A stretch of DNA of 32,000 nt from Candidatus Iainarchaeum sp. (GTDB lineage Archaea > Iainarchaeota > Iainarchaeia > Iainarchaeales > 0-14-0-20-34-12). The notes under the pieces are model-generated. The model did not search any database, was not told the origin of the DNA, and saw only the letters and a program-made list of their open reading frames with translations. The DNA lies in NCBI GenBank assembly GCA_030649345.1, contig JAUSKK010000045.1:1-32000 (forward strand), read 5' to 3'. Below, piece after piece: positions 1 through 8,517 of this stretch. The number at the start of each line of letters is the position of its first letter. Positions within the stretch are counted from its first letter, which is position 1. The position numbers were made by a program, and so were the translations under genes.

Positions 1-283
1 AATACCCAAGTTGTTGGTTTACGGAATAGCTGGTTTTTGGGTAAAAAAAGCAAAGTAAAAAATGTCCGTATCTTCGCTTTACAGAATTTGCCTTAAAGCT
101 ATTTTTCTGATCAAATATCCACTCAAATCTGCTGAGTGGATAATACAATTCTTCTTTGTCCGATTTATAAAAATAATATTCTATAACTGATTCAGGTCTG
201 TTAAAATAAAAGTTTCTAACCGTTCTGGATGTTGGATTCAAGGTATCACCAGATTTTTTCTGTGCATTTAAGTATCTCACCAA
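1..283 (-). CDS. partial ORF of unknown function, continues past the left window edge
   Basis: The minus-strand frame is stop-free from the in-frame stop at 329-331 down to base 1 (about 100 codons, unusual in such AT-rich DNA). No ATG; candidate starts are TTG 283-281 and GTG 280-278. It is absent from the supplied track because it has no stop inside the window. Confidence 0.3.
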   Translation of the reverse strand, partial: MVRYLNAQKKSGDTLNPTSRTVRNFYFNRPESVIEYYFYKSDKEELYYPLSRFEWIFDQKNSFKANSVKRRYGHFLLCFFYPKTSYSVNQQLGY

Positions 284-299
284 CGCGTATTTAATACAT

Positions 300-503
300 A
301 TGGAATCATCACTGGAAATTCGAATAATTAAGGAGTTGCAAAAAGAAAATTTTTTGCATGTTTGTGAATTAGCTAGACGATTAACTGTTGACAAATCAAC
401 AGTAAGTATTATCAGTCGTGAACTTATCAGAAAAAAATTATTAGAAGCAAAGTGGGTTGGAACTGTTAAACTGTTAAAAATTAAAAAACGGTGTGCCAAA
501 TGA
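300..503 (+). CDS. small winged-helix DNA-binding protein (MarR/TrmB-like)
   Basis: 67 aa. CELARRLTVDKSTVSIISRELIRKKLL followed by a short wing fits a wHTH pattern. TATA-like atttaagta at 266-274 lies about 30 nt upstream of the ATG. Confidence 0.5.
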   Translation: MESSLEIRIIKELQKENFLHVCELARRLTVDKSTVSIISRELIRKKLLEAKWVGTVKLLKIKKRCAK

Positions 504-640
504 AAAAACTTGTGCTAACTGAGGGATCAAAATGGGATATTTTAAAACATGAGTTTTGTGATCTTAAAAAAATTACAATAACTGATTTAAAATTTGATAA
601 ATAAAAAAAGAAAGGGGCAAAAGCCCAAAGGAGATATATT

Positions 641-850
641 ATGACAACTAAAGTAACTGAAGGTGTAGTATTTAAGACTTCCCGAAAAGGCGGTGAAGCG
701 GCTTACCATGTATTGAAACGACTCGAAGTCGAAACTATTCCATCTCTTCTTTCAAAACAAAGAAACTGTGCAGAATTGTTAATTGAGCTTTCTTTTCGTG
801 TAACCGTTCTTTCTGAAAAAATTCAAAATTTAGAGAGGCGGTTGAAATGA
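641..850 (+). CDS. hypothetical protein
   Basis: 69 aa ORF with an AGGAG Shine-Dalgarno about 8 nt upstream. Its stop overlaps the next start (ATGA at 847-850), indicating translational coupling. Confidence 0.45.
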   Translation: MTTKVTEGVVFKTSRKGGEAAYHVLKRLEVETIPSLLSKQRNCAELLIELSFRVTVLSEKIQNLERRLK

Positions 851-2202
851 GTGAGAATTATTTCGAAAGCTTCACACAAGAAACCAAAAAGGAGGGATCC
901 AGTATTGCAGAAAATGGTGATGTTTTACGATTCCAATTAGAGCAACTTGAAAAACTTCATAAAGGAGACGAACTTCTAGCTTGTGGACTGATTTTATCTG
1001 CCGTAACCTCTTTAGCTAAAACCGACCAACTTCACTATTATTTGGTTGGAAAATCCGGTAAAGGAAAATCGCACTTAACAGGTAATGTTTTGAAACTTTT
1101 ACATCCAAATAGATTTTTTAGATTGTCAAGTCTCTCAGCCAAATCTTTGTTTTATGCCAACAAAGAAATTTCACTTAATGGTAAAATCATTTGTGTAGAC
1201 GAAATGGATGGCTCAAAGGATTCAGTTGCTTTGCTACGCTCCTTAACAGGCGCTTCGAGTCAAGGTCGTGCTACGAGTCATTGGACTGTGGATAATGAAA
1301 AAAAATCTATGCGTTTAGAGATTCAAGGCAAACAAGTTGTTTGGTTAAACTCTGTTGAACCATTGCGTGATGACCAATTGCTTAATCGTTTTATTGTTGG
1401 CAATCCTGATGAGAGTCACTTCCAAGATAAGGCGGTTTATGAATATCAAAAGCAGCGTTATGGGTTTGGCGTCGAATCAAATAGTGACTTAGATTTTTCA
1501 TTAGCTCAGTGTGTAATGGAAGAAGTTTTAAGTGATGAGTATTCAGTTGTTATTCCTTTCATCCAGCAATTAAAATTTGATTGGATTTCTAACCGGAGAA
1601 ATTTTCCTTTGTTTTGCACAATTTTGAAAGCTTTGGCTTTAATCGATACCAACCAACGTCCTACAATTGGGCTGATTGTATTTGCAACAAAATATGATTT
1701 TGAACGAGCAAAGATTATTTGGGAGCATTCTCTGGAACATCAGAAGACTCAAGCTAGTTCTTCTGCGTTAGAGTTATTGCGAACTATTCCAACTAATCAA
1801 TTAGATGCAGTTGACAAACAATGGATTGCAGATGAACTTGGTTGGAGTTCAAGTCAGGCCTATAAAATGGCAACTGAACTTTACGAAGCTGGACTAATTA
1901 ATTCGGTTAAAGTTGATAGAAAATATGTCTATTGGAAATCGATCTCTGATAAGTCTTCTGAATTCGGAATAAGAGTTAATTGGCAAGAATTTGACTTAGA
2001 ACAACTAAAAAATGCATTTAATTTATCTCGGATTGACTTTTCAGGTATTGACTTACTTAAGTGGTATAGCCAAATTACTGAAGATTGTTCTGAGAAGCTG
2101 AAATTCTATCAGAATTTGCAAGAAGCCGCGTTAATGAGGCGTAAACCTAAGGAAACAAAGCAAACAGCTCTGAATCAGAGTTCATCAGAGAAGGAGAATT
2201 AA
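847..2202 (+). CDS. P-loop NTPase with SF3-helicase-like motif spacing and a C-terminal winged helix; putative plasmid/virus replication protein
   Basis: Walker A GKSGKGKS (nt 1048-1071), Walker B IICVDEMD about 45 aa later, motif-C-like VVWLNS about 45 aa after that. C-terminal WIADELGWSSSQAYKMATELYEAGLINSVKV looks like wHTH. Confidence 0.55.
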   Translation: MSENYFESFTQETKKEGSSIAENGDVLRFQLEQLEKLHKGDELLACGLILSAVTSLAKTDQLHYYLVGKSGKGKSHLTGNVLKLLHPNRFFRLSSLSAKSLFYANKEISLNGKIICVDEMDGSKDSVALLRSLTGASSQGRATSHWTVDNEKKSMRLEIQGKQVVWLNSVEPLRDDQLLNRFIVGNPDESHFQDKAVYEYQKQRYGFGVESNSDLDFSLAQCVMEEVLSDEYSVVIPFIQQLKFDWISNRRNFPLFCTILKALALIDTNQRPTIGLIVFATKYDFERAKIIWEHSLEHQKTQASSSALELLRTIPTNQLDAVDKQWIADELGWSSSQAYKMATELYEAGLINSVKVDRKYVYWKSISDKSSEFGIRVNWQEFDLEQLKNAFNLSRIDFSGIDLLKWYSQITEDCSEKLKFYQNLQEAALMRRKPKETKQTALNQSSSEKEN

Positions 2203-2203
2203 C

Positions 2204-2335
2204 ATGAAAAGCAAAATTTGCCCAAGTTGTCACAAGCGATGCTATTATGTGACTTCAGTTTATGGAAATAAAGTTTGTGTTTTATGTGCTGAACTTGAAC
2301 AAGAAATTTATGACAAACAAAGCAGGCTGGTTTAA
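2204..2335 (+). CDS. small zinc-ribbon protein (43 aa)
   Basis: Not in the track (under 60 aa). MKSKICPSCHKRCYYVTSVYGNKVCVLCAELEQ has CxxC...CxxC. GGAG lies about 8 nt upstream; its stop TAA (2333-2335) overlaps the ATG of the next ORF. Confidence 0.4.
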   Translation: MKSKICPSCHKRCYYVTSVYGNKVCVLCAELEQEIYDKQSRLV

Positions 2336-2574
2336 TGAAAGGAATTCGTGTAATGAAAACTTTTCGATTACATCCGTTGAGTTTAGAACTTCTTGAAAAA
2401 ATTCAGGCTCAAACAGGTAAAACGAAAACGGAGATACTTGAAGATGCACTTTCATGGTATGACTTAACTGGTCAGACTTTACAGGTTTATCAAATTAGAC
2501 AGACAAAACGACAAAACCAAAAGAACCTGGGTGTAAATACACGATTTGGCGTAGAGTCAGTGACTAAAATTTGA
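2335..2574 (+). CDS. ribbon-helix-helix (CopG/Arc-like) protein
   Basis: MKTFRLHPLSLELLEKIQAQTGKTKTEILEDALSWY fits a beta-strand plus two helices. The real start may be the ATG at 2353. Confidence 0.5.
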   Translation: MKGIRVMKTFRLHPLSLELLEKIQAQTGKTKTEILEDALSWYDLTGQTLQVYQIRQTKRQNQKNLGVNTRFGVESVTKI

Positions 2575-2649
2575 TGAGTGTGGCAAAAAAAACGTTAAAT
2601 TTTGTTTTACTTAGTTAACAAATTTCAATTAACTTAAGAGGTGATAAAA

Positions 2650-2934
2650 ATGAATTATGATATCGGTGTTTTTTCAAAAGATAAGTATTACGCAATGTGC
2701 ACTTATTCTAAGCTGAAACGAGTATTGGTAATCTTTCCCTTTTTGAAGGATAAAAAATGGGAAAAAGTTCCAGAAACTTATAATAAACAAGCGCCAGATT
2801 TTGAGTATTTTTTTAACTTGGATTTTAATGCATTTTTGTTTTGTGAACTTTCAGAGTCCGATTATGAAAAAATATCTGGAAGAAAGCCAGATCATAACTG
2901 GCAAGATTGCATTTTTTTGAATCCAATGACTTAA
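2650..2934 (+). CDS. hypothetical protein
   Basis: The track starts at GTG 2641, but the ATG at 2650 sits 5 nt after an AGAGGTGA Shine-Dalgarno. No recognisable motif. Confidence 0.45.
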   Translation: MNYDIGVFSKDKYYAMCTYSKLKRVLVIFPFLKDKKWEKVPETYNKQAPDFEYFFNLDFNAFLFCELSESDYEKISGRKPDHNWQDCIFLNPMT

Positions 2935-3103
2935 AAAGTAGGTTTTTTACTGATGCACACTCCGTGCACTAAGTGTGCTCTTTAATATCTCACTAAAAAT
3001 ACCTTTAAAGTTATTTAATTGAGGTTCTGTTTCAAAATGCGTCAAAATCAATATGTCTGCATATGTACTGTGTGGTCCTTGTTCAATTAACACATATTGC
3101 ACT

Positions 3104-4876
3104 TTACCAAAAATCTTCTGTGGCTAATACTTCATCGGTTGGTGAAATTGCAACACCAATACCTTCTTTGTCGTAATCATTGTTTAGGATATTTGCTCTG
3201 TGGCCTGGGCTGTTCATCCAGCCGTTTACAATTGATGCAGCGATTTCGTCCGTTGTTTGCCAAGCGTGTGAAGTTTCGATTCCGTTGATGTACTCGGTGG
3301 ATGTATAGAGGTTATTTTGTGCAATATTTTCAGCTATTCCATCAGAGTACCATCCGCCAGAGAGGTTTTTGTGGGTGTTGTAGCCTGCTGCTTTAGCTCT
3401 AGCTGTAGGGTCCTGCCCTCGCAAGTTTTCATGTTCAAAGAAATTATTTAGGGCCATATCTTGACTATGTGCTCTGGCAATATCTGCAAGTTTTTGATCA
3501 TATTCAAGTGCCTTAAGCCCGTTAGCTTGTCGAGCTGCATTAATATGTTGATGTATTTCAAGTTCTAATTCAGATATATTTGGTTTGGAAAGATCTACAC
3601 AATTTTCGTTTATATTTTTTATCGAATCACTAAATGGACAACCACATAAACTTGCTTTGTTTATTAAATTTCCATTTTCACAAAATTGTGGTTTGTTTGT
3701 GCTACAATATTCATATTCTGTTCCATCATCACATCTTTTAATTATTTGGCATTGCCCTTGCAGTATTTTGTAATTTGTTGGACAGTTAAAAAAATTTGAA
3801 TTAATTGTTGGTTCTTCCATTGAAATAAATTGAATTGGGTCTAATTCAATAGTTATGCATTGCGGTGATTGTATTAAATTAAATTTTGCACATAATAAAA
3901 TTGTATCTTCTTTGGTGCTATATTTGTTTTGATTAATTGATATCGTTTCAAAATTTCGAATAGGGATATTTTCTTGGATTATACAAAGGCCTTTTGAACT
4001 GCAGTTTAAATCTTGAATTTTTTTCCCTTCTTTTGTTTCCAAGTAAACTAATTGTGCTGGTTTATTTAGGGTATATGCAAGTCTTAATTTTGCTGAAAGA
4101 GGAAACGTATTATCTACTCTGAATAAACTGCTTTGAGTAACATTAAGATCTGAAGATTGATTTGAATCACTAGTTGTTTGCTGGATTGATTGGATAACTG
4201 AATTTATTAAACTTGGGTCTTGAATCCAAATTAGCCCAACTAATGATATTACAAGCAGTACCACTATAATGGCCACTGATGTAATTGAAATATTTGCTAC
4301 AACTGGGCTATTTGATTCTGTTATAGCATTCTTGAACTTTTTTCTTTTAAAATCGTAATTTAATGTTTTTTCCCATCTTACCAATTCAGCTTCTTTTTCT
4401 TTTTCTTTAAAAATAGCATATTCATAACAACTGTGCCCTGGTTTGCGCATTTCATCAAAGTCATCAGATGATCTATGCTTTATTGACTTTATGATTGGTT
4501 TTTTTGGTTTAGTATGTTCTTTGCAAAATTTCCGTTTGCAATATTTGCATGTTTGATTACATGTTTTTTTACAAGAATAATATTGGCATTCATTTGAGTC
4601 TACTTCGTTTCTAGTTTTGTTTTCATTTTGTTGCTCTCGTTCTTTTGCACGTTTGTAAGCATCTTCAATTTTTTTTATTTCTTCCTCGGTCAATCTAGTC
4701 TTAGACTCGTCTCCGTCACTAACAAAATCGATTGTACCTCCAGTATTTCTCCTTTCCCTTAAAGACATAACAATATTAAGTAAAGTTAATTTTAATGTTT
4801 TTCCATTATTGTCTATTCTTTTAGTTATTCTTTGCCGGTCACTTTCGGACACACGCAGAACACTTAGAAATGACAA
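3104..4876 (-). CDS. membrane protein: N-terminal AN1-like zinc finger, one TM helix, Cys-rich region and C-terminal CAP/SCP (YkwD-like) domain
   Basis: The CAP signature is strong: SQDMALNNFFEHEN...GENIA...VNGWMNSPGHRANILNNDYDKEGIGVA. TM helix is VAIIVVLLVISLVGLIWI. CKYCKRKFCKEH (C-x2-C-x4-C-x2-H) plus a later GHSC resembles zf-AN1. The start codon is TTG, so the N-terminus is uncertain. Confidence 0.75.
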   Translation of the reverse strand: MSFLSVLRVSESDRQRITKRIDNNGKTLKLTLLNIVMSLRERRNTGGTIDFVSDGDESKTRLTEEEIKKIEDAYKRAKEREQQNENKTRNEVDSNECQYYSCKKTCNQTCKYCKRKFCKEHTKPKKPIIKSIKHRSSDDFDEMRKPGHSCYEYAIFKEKEKEAELVRWEKTLNYDFKRKKFKNAITESNSPVVANISITSVAIIVVLLVISLVGLIWIQDPSLINSVIQSIQQTTSDSNQSSDLNVTQSSLFRVDNTFPLSAKLRLAYTLNKPAQLVYLETKEGKKIQDLNCSSKGLCIIQENIPIRNFETISINQNKYSTKEDTILLCAKFNLIQSPQCITIELDPIQFISMEEPTINSNFFNCPTNYKILQGQCQIIKRCDDGTEYEYCSTNKPQFCENGNLINKASLCGCPFSDSIKNINENCVDLSKPNISELELEIHQHINAARQANGLKALEYDQKLADIARAHSQDMALNNFFEHENLRGQDPTARAKAAGYNTHKNLSGGWYSDGIAENIAQNNLYTSTEYINGIETSHAWQTTDEIAASIVNGWMNSPGHRANILNNDYDKEGIGVAISPTDEVLATEDFW

Positions 4877-4945
4877 ACTAGTGCTTTAAAAGTTGTCTAA
4901 ATTCAAAAATGTCCGATAATTGATGTGTGTACATATATACTAGTG

Positions 4946-4993
4946 AAACAAGTTCGGACTACTATTACGTATATTGAATTCAGTTAGTACTAG
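4946..4993. repeat. 48-bp intergenic repeat, copy A
   Basis: aaacaagttcggactactattacgtatattgaattcagttagtactag matches copy B (7063-7110) at 41 of 48 positions without gaps. It lies 70-117 nt upstream of the start of the minus-strand gene 3104..4876. Confidence 0.8.
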
Positions 4994-5010
4994 GGGGAGC
5001 TGTGACTTGG

Positions 5011-5613
5011 TTAGTTTTGAAAAACTGGTAACCTAAACATTTTTGTTTCATCACATTCAGGTAATTCACTACAAATTGAGTCTGCGATAATGTCTGTTGT
5101 TGCAATAAATCCAATATAATATTTTAAGTTAGTATTTGTATTTCTAATTTGGTACGATGCTGCATATAATCCATATGATTTTGCTGGCAGTACTACTGAA
5201 AATGGAATTAAATTTCCAAGACATTTGTATAATTTGTCGATATTTTCTTCACCAATAACTAAGATTCCGTGGTCAGCTAAATCGGATGGTGTGTTGTAAT
5301 AAGCAATTACTGCGACATTTTTTTCTTCAGCGCATGTAATAAAATTTGTCATTGCAAACGCAATAGGTACACGAAATGGAGCAATTACTGGTGCTGCAGA
5401 GGCTAAACTGTTTGTAATTATGCCTGAAATAACTGGCGCTCCTTTTCCCAATATATCTTTGTCAACATTGTAATTTTCGATATCTGGAACTAAACTGCGT
5501 GCATCGGTATCATTTGGCAATTCAACATTCTTGATTTCTTTATCTAAACAACCAGTAATTAGTATAAAAAAAAGTAATAAACTGACAAAGGCATAGTTGC
5601 TTTTCATACACAT
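5011..5613 (-). CDS. putative lipoprotein, unknown function
   Basis: The N-terminal signal sequence ends in the lipobox ILITGC. Only a 4-nt gap separates it from the upstream gene. Confidence 0.55.
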   Translation of the reverse strand: MCMKSNYAFVSLLLFFILITGCLDKEIKNVELPNDTDARSLVPDIENYNVDKDILGKGAPVISGIITNSLASAAPVIAPFRVPIAFAMTNFITCAEEKNVAVIAYYNTPSDLADHGILVIGEENIDKLYKCLGNLIPFSVVLPAKSYGLYAASYQIRNTNTNLKYYIGFIATTDIIADSICSELPECDETKMFRLPVFQN

Positions 5614-5617
5614 ATTT

Positions 5618-6982
5618 TTAACTAAAACACTTTAAAAGGTTGCTGTAACCATTCCAGCTAAGAGTTAAATCATCTTTTTGTTTAATCAAATTATGTGGAT
5701 TTAGATAACCTATTGAGTAATTATATTTCAATTGAGCACAAACATTTGGGCTTGATTGTAAATCACTAAAAAGCCAATAACCTAAAGTAATACTTATGTC
5801 ACCTTCGTCTGCATCTTCTAAAACGGTTATGCCTGATGAAGTTCTAATAATTTCAAAATCTTTATGACGGTCAGTAACATATAGATTTATTTTTGATCCT
5901 TCTCTGAGTTCTAACACTTCAGAAAAATTATTGAATAGATATTCAACTTCTTGTTTTAAAGTAATTTGTTGTGGTTCAACATATCCGCAGTTAGCACTAT
6001 TTTCTTCAGTGGTTATGTTCCCTTGGCATTGATTGTTTACGCAATAATAAGTTGTTAGGTTTTTTGTTGTTCCTTGGCAACTAGTAGTATTTCTTGCTTG
6101 ACACTCTTGTATGTTGCAGATTGTTTGTATTGATTCAGGTTCTGTTTGAGGTTGTGTGACTTGATTTGTTTGCAAGCCCTGATTTTGTGGAATGTTCAAA
6201 CAACCTGATTCATTACATTCATCCGCGGTTGTTGAATTATGATCGTCACAATTAATAAAATTACAAATACTTTCGTTATTGCATAATTCTTGATTTTTTT
6301 GAACTGGCAAATATTTAATTTCTTTTTTTGTTTTTGTTTCTTGATGACACTCTTGCCTACTGCCAGGTCTTGTTTTTGTTACTTGATTACACACTTCTTT
6401 TTCAGGCGGTATAACCTCAACAGTTATGCTTGGAAATTCAGCTAAACATTCACCACTATACGTTGCCAAAAAAGTTTCGTTAACTTGAGGAAGTATATTT
6501 TTACTAACTGCTTTTAACTCATTTTTTACTTTACTTCTAAAATAGAAGTTTACTGTAAAAACTCCATTTTTTTCCAGATCGTGATTTTTGACACTAATCG
6601 TTGAATCAATCTTACAACCTTCAAATAATACCAAATATGATTTATTGTTTAATTGCCCCAGCGAATATGATAATCTCTCATTATGGCATTCTGTTTCTTC
6701 ATATATTTCAGTATATGAAATTGTGTTACAAACATTTTCATCATATTGCGTTTCAATTTCGGTTGGTTCCAACCCAATATATTGTGTGTCCTCACAAGGG
6801 TCAATATCAGGTACTGGAATTGAACTAATTGGCATTTCTTGCATTTGAGTATTAGCTGAACTTGGATTAGCATTATTTGTATTCGTTTGATCATTAGTTT
6901 GATTTATTTCTGTTTGAGTATCTAGTCCATTTGTACAGCCTAATAAAAAAATTGTTAATAAAATTAGTGCATTTTTATTCAT
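5618..6982 (-). CDS. secreted/lipobox Cys-rich protein, unknown function
   Basis: Signal plus lipobox IFLLGC, an Asn/Thr/Gln-rich linker, and many paired cysteines (for example CNFINCDDHNSTTADECNESGC). Confidence 0.6.
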   Translation of the reverse strand: MNKNALILLTIFLLGCTNGLDTQTEINQTNDQTNTNNANPSSANTQMQEMPISSIPVPDIDPCEDTQYIGLEPTEIETQYDENVCNTISYTEIYEETECHNERLSYSLGQLNNKSYLVLFEGCKIDSTISVKNHDLEKNGVFTVNFYFRSKVKNELKAVSKNILPQVNETFLATYSGECLAEFPSITVEVIPPEKEVCNQVTKTRPGSRQECHQETKTKKEIKYLPVQKNQELCNNESICNFINCDDHNSTTADECNESGCLNIPQNQGLQTNQVTQPQTEPESIQTICNIQECQARNTTSCQGTTKNLTTYYCVNNQCQGNITTEENSANCGYVEPQQITLKQEVEYLFNNFSEVLELREGSKINLYVTDRHKDFEIIRTSSGITVLEDADEGDISITLGYWLFSDLQSSPNVCAQLKYNYSIGYLNPHNLIKQKDDLTLSWNGYSNLLKCFS

Positions 6983-7062
6983 TTTTTATCAATAACTTTA
7001 TCTTAGTTAGATTAATTAATATCTTTTATTACTGCTATTTTGTCACTTTAAACACCGTCAAC

Positions 7063-7110
7063 AAACAAGTTCGAAGTACTATTGCGTATGTTACAATCAG
7101 TTAGTACTAG
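7063..7110. repeat. 48-bp intergenic repeat, copy B
   Basis: aaacaagttcgaagtactattgcgtatgttacaatcagttagtactag lies 81-128 nt upstream of the ATG of minus-strand gene 5618..6982. On the minus strand it contains the 7-bp inverted repeat AGTACTA/TAGTACT. Confidence 0.8.
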
Positions 7111-7164
7111 TACTAGAAGAGAGTGTAGTCTTTAATTTTTTTGAAAAACAATATGCTTCTTTCG

Positions 7165-7899
7165 TTATTTTTTACTGCACGCAATGCAAACAAATTTTTC
7201 CGTGTTGAAACAGTTACTTTCAACCCATTTCTTGAATACTGAACCTTCCTTCTTTTCTTTGCAAACATATTTGGAACAAGACAAACACTGAACCATTTTA
7301 ACATCGTCTTCGTTATAGTGTGTGCCACAGCAGTCACAAATAACTCTAAATGAATCATCTACACTAGGTCCTGTCTTAGTAGCTTTTTTGTGTCCATGTA
7401 TTGCGTTTTCAATTGTAGCAGCCCAAGCATCTCGCTTATCAATTATTACACTAAATATTTGAGCTTCTGGTCCAAATAAAGCTCCAGTTAAACCTTTAGA
7501 TTGAACTTGTCTTGAAATGCTTTTTACGTGAATAACCATTTCAGCTTTTTTATCTTCTTTTTGGCCAAACGCAGATGCGAGAACATCTCCAAATCCTATC
7601 TTTGCTGGTGTTTCAAGTTTTGTGATTGTGTTTAGTGGCAATTTAATCCAGTTTACTGCAAGTCCTGTAATTTCTCCTTTTCCACTTTTTAGTTCTTGAA
7701 GGTTTCCTGTAAATAAGCTTAAAAAAATTAAATGTTTATTTGTCAAATAAACCTTTGCAAAACTAGTATCTGGTTTTTCACGACCAACCCAAGACCAAAA
7801 ACCCATTCCGGTTTTTGAATATAGTTGGCAAATATCTGAAGATTCTTGTAAAAGTTTTTCATCATCTTCTAATTCTTGAAACAATCCAACTACAGTCAT
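7165..7899 (-). CDS. PH/GRAM-like domain protein with C-terminal cysteine-pair zinc ribbons
   Basis: AKVYLTNKHLIFL...IKLPLNTITKLE...AEMVIHV...DAWAATIENAI resembles a bacterial-type PH fold. The C-terminus has CDCC, CLSC and CIAC pairs. Its start abuts the stop of the upstream gene. Confidence 0.5.
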   Translation of the reverse strand: MTVVGLFQELEDDEKLLQESSDICQLYSKTGMGFWSWVGREKPDTSFAKVYLTNKHLIFLSLFTGNLQELKSGKGEITGLAVNWIKLPLNTITKLETPAKIGFGDVLASAFGQKEDKKAEMVIHVKSISRQVQSKGLTGALFGPEAQIFSVIIDKRDAWAATIENAIHGHKKATKTGPSVDDSFRVICDCCGTHYNEDDVKMVQCLSCSKYVCKEKKEGSVFKKWVESNCFNTEKFVCIACSKK

Positions 7900-8505
7900 T
7901 TAATCATCTTCTTCGTCATTGATTTCTAATTTATATGTGCCTTCTAATTTAAATTTTACATCGATTTCGGCTTTACCTGAAAATATTTCAATACAATATT
8001 TTTGACTCAAAAGACTTGAAAAACCTTCCTTTTGAGTTGATTTGAACTTTTCAGGATCTGAATCGGATTTGCATTCTACAAACTTAATTTCGTCTTTATT
8101 TATGCAAATAAAATCTGGAGCGCCTGCGACTTCTTCTGAAAAAATGTTTTCAAGTTCTTTTGCAAAGTCGGGTCTTAAAACAAAATTACATGCATTGAAT
8201 ACTCCTTTGGCATTATAAATATTTATACTAGGACCACCTTGCAAAATAAGTTTCACCACGTGATACCCTTTTTTTTCATAATATTTCCTAGCAAGATACT
8301 CTATAAAATCACCACGCATACAATTTTTTTTTGCATGAAGTTCGTTATCTGTGAGTTTAAGATTATTAATCTTTTTCAGTTTACTTAAATTTATCTCAAA
8401 ATCTTCGTCATCACAATCCCAATCTACTTCACTGTCCCGTCTGCATGGTCCACACAAATCAACAGTGTCTTCACAGGCACTGCACGCTTCTATTTCATCT
8501 GTCAT
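7900..8505 (-). CDS. Zn-ribbon plus VRR-NUC-like PD-(D/E)xK nuclease
   Basis: N-terminal CSACEDTVDLCGPC. C-terminal GAPDFICINKDEIKFVECKSDSDPEKFKSTQKEGF fits G-x-PD ... E-x-K ... Q of VRR-NUC type nucleases. Confidence 0.55.
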   Translation of the reverse strand: MTDEIEACSACEDTVDLCGPCRRDSEVDWDCDDEDFEINLSKLKKINNLKLTDNELHAKKNCMRGDFIEYLARKYYEKKGYHVVKLILQGGPSINIYNAKGVFNACNFVLRPDFAKELENIFSEEVAGAPDFICINKDEIKFVECKSDSDPEKFKSTQKEGFSSLLSQKYCIEIFSGKAEIDVKFKLEGTYKLEINDEEDD

Positions 8506-8517
8506 TTTACCATCTCC

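Noticed and set aside
57-67. 11-mer aaaaatgtccg shared between 57-67 and 4904-4914, considered as possible element termini
   Set aside because: An 11-nt A/T-rich match is expected by chance many times in 32 kb, and the flanks do not align.
2947-3102. Minus-strand stop-free stretch (about 50 codons, ...LIEQGPHSTYADILILTHFETEPQLNNFKG...) just downstream of the CAP-domain gene
   Set aside because: It has no ATG, only GTG candidates 1-10 nt after the upstream stop, and no motif. It could be a remnant or chance. It was also considered as a frameshifted extension of 3104..4876, but the CAP domain already looks complete.
3097-3773. Antisense ORFs 3097..3288 (+) and 3585..3773 (+); also similar antisense ORFs listed in the track at 8351, 9071, 10689, 11405, 11783, 12519, 13498, 14682, 14837, 16769, 17354, 17840, 22578, 25190, 26141, 26221, 27460, 28083, 28406, 28863, 29073, 29593, 29931, 30476, 30776 and 31541
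   Set aside because: Each is fully nested opposite a longer ORF carrying recognisable domain motifs or signal peptides. None has its own motif.
6588-6894. Three short ORFs (6588..6848 +, 6601..6828 +, 6649..6894 -) inside gene 5618..6982
   Set aside because: These are antisense or alternate-frame ORFs nested in a long ORF that has a signal peptide. Their existence probably reflects local low complexity.
7113-7358. ORF 7113..7358 (-)
   Set aside because: It is an alternate frame overlapping the Cys-pair C-terminus of 7165..7899, which is the coherent reading frame.
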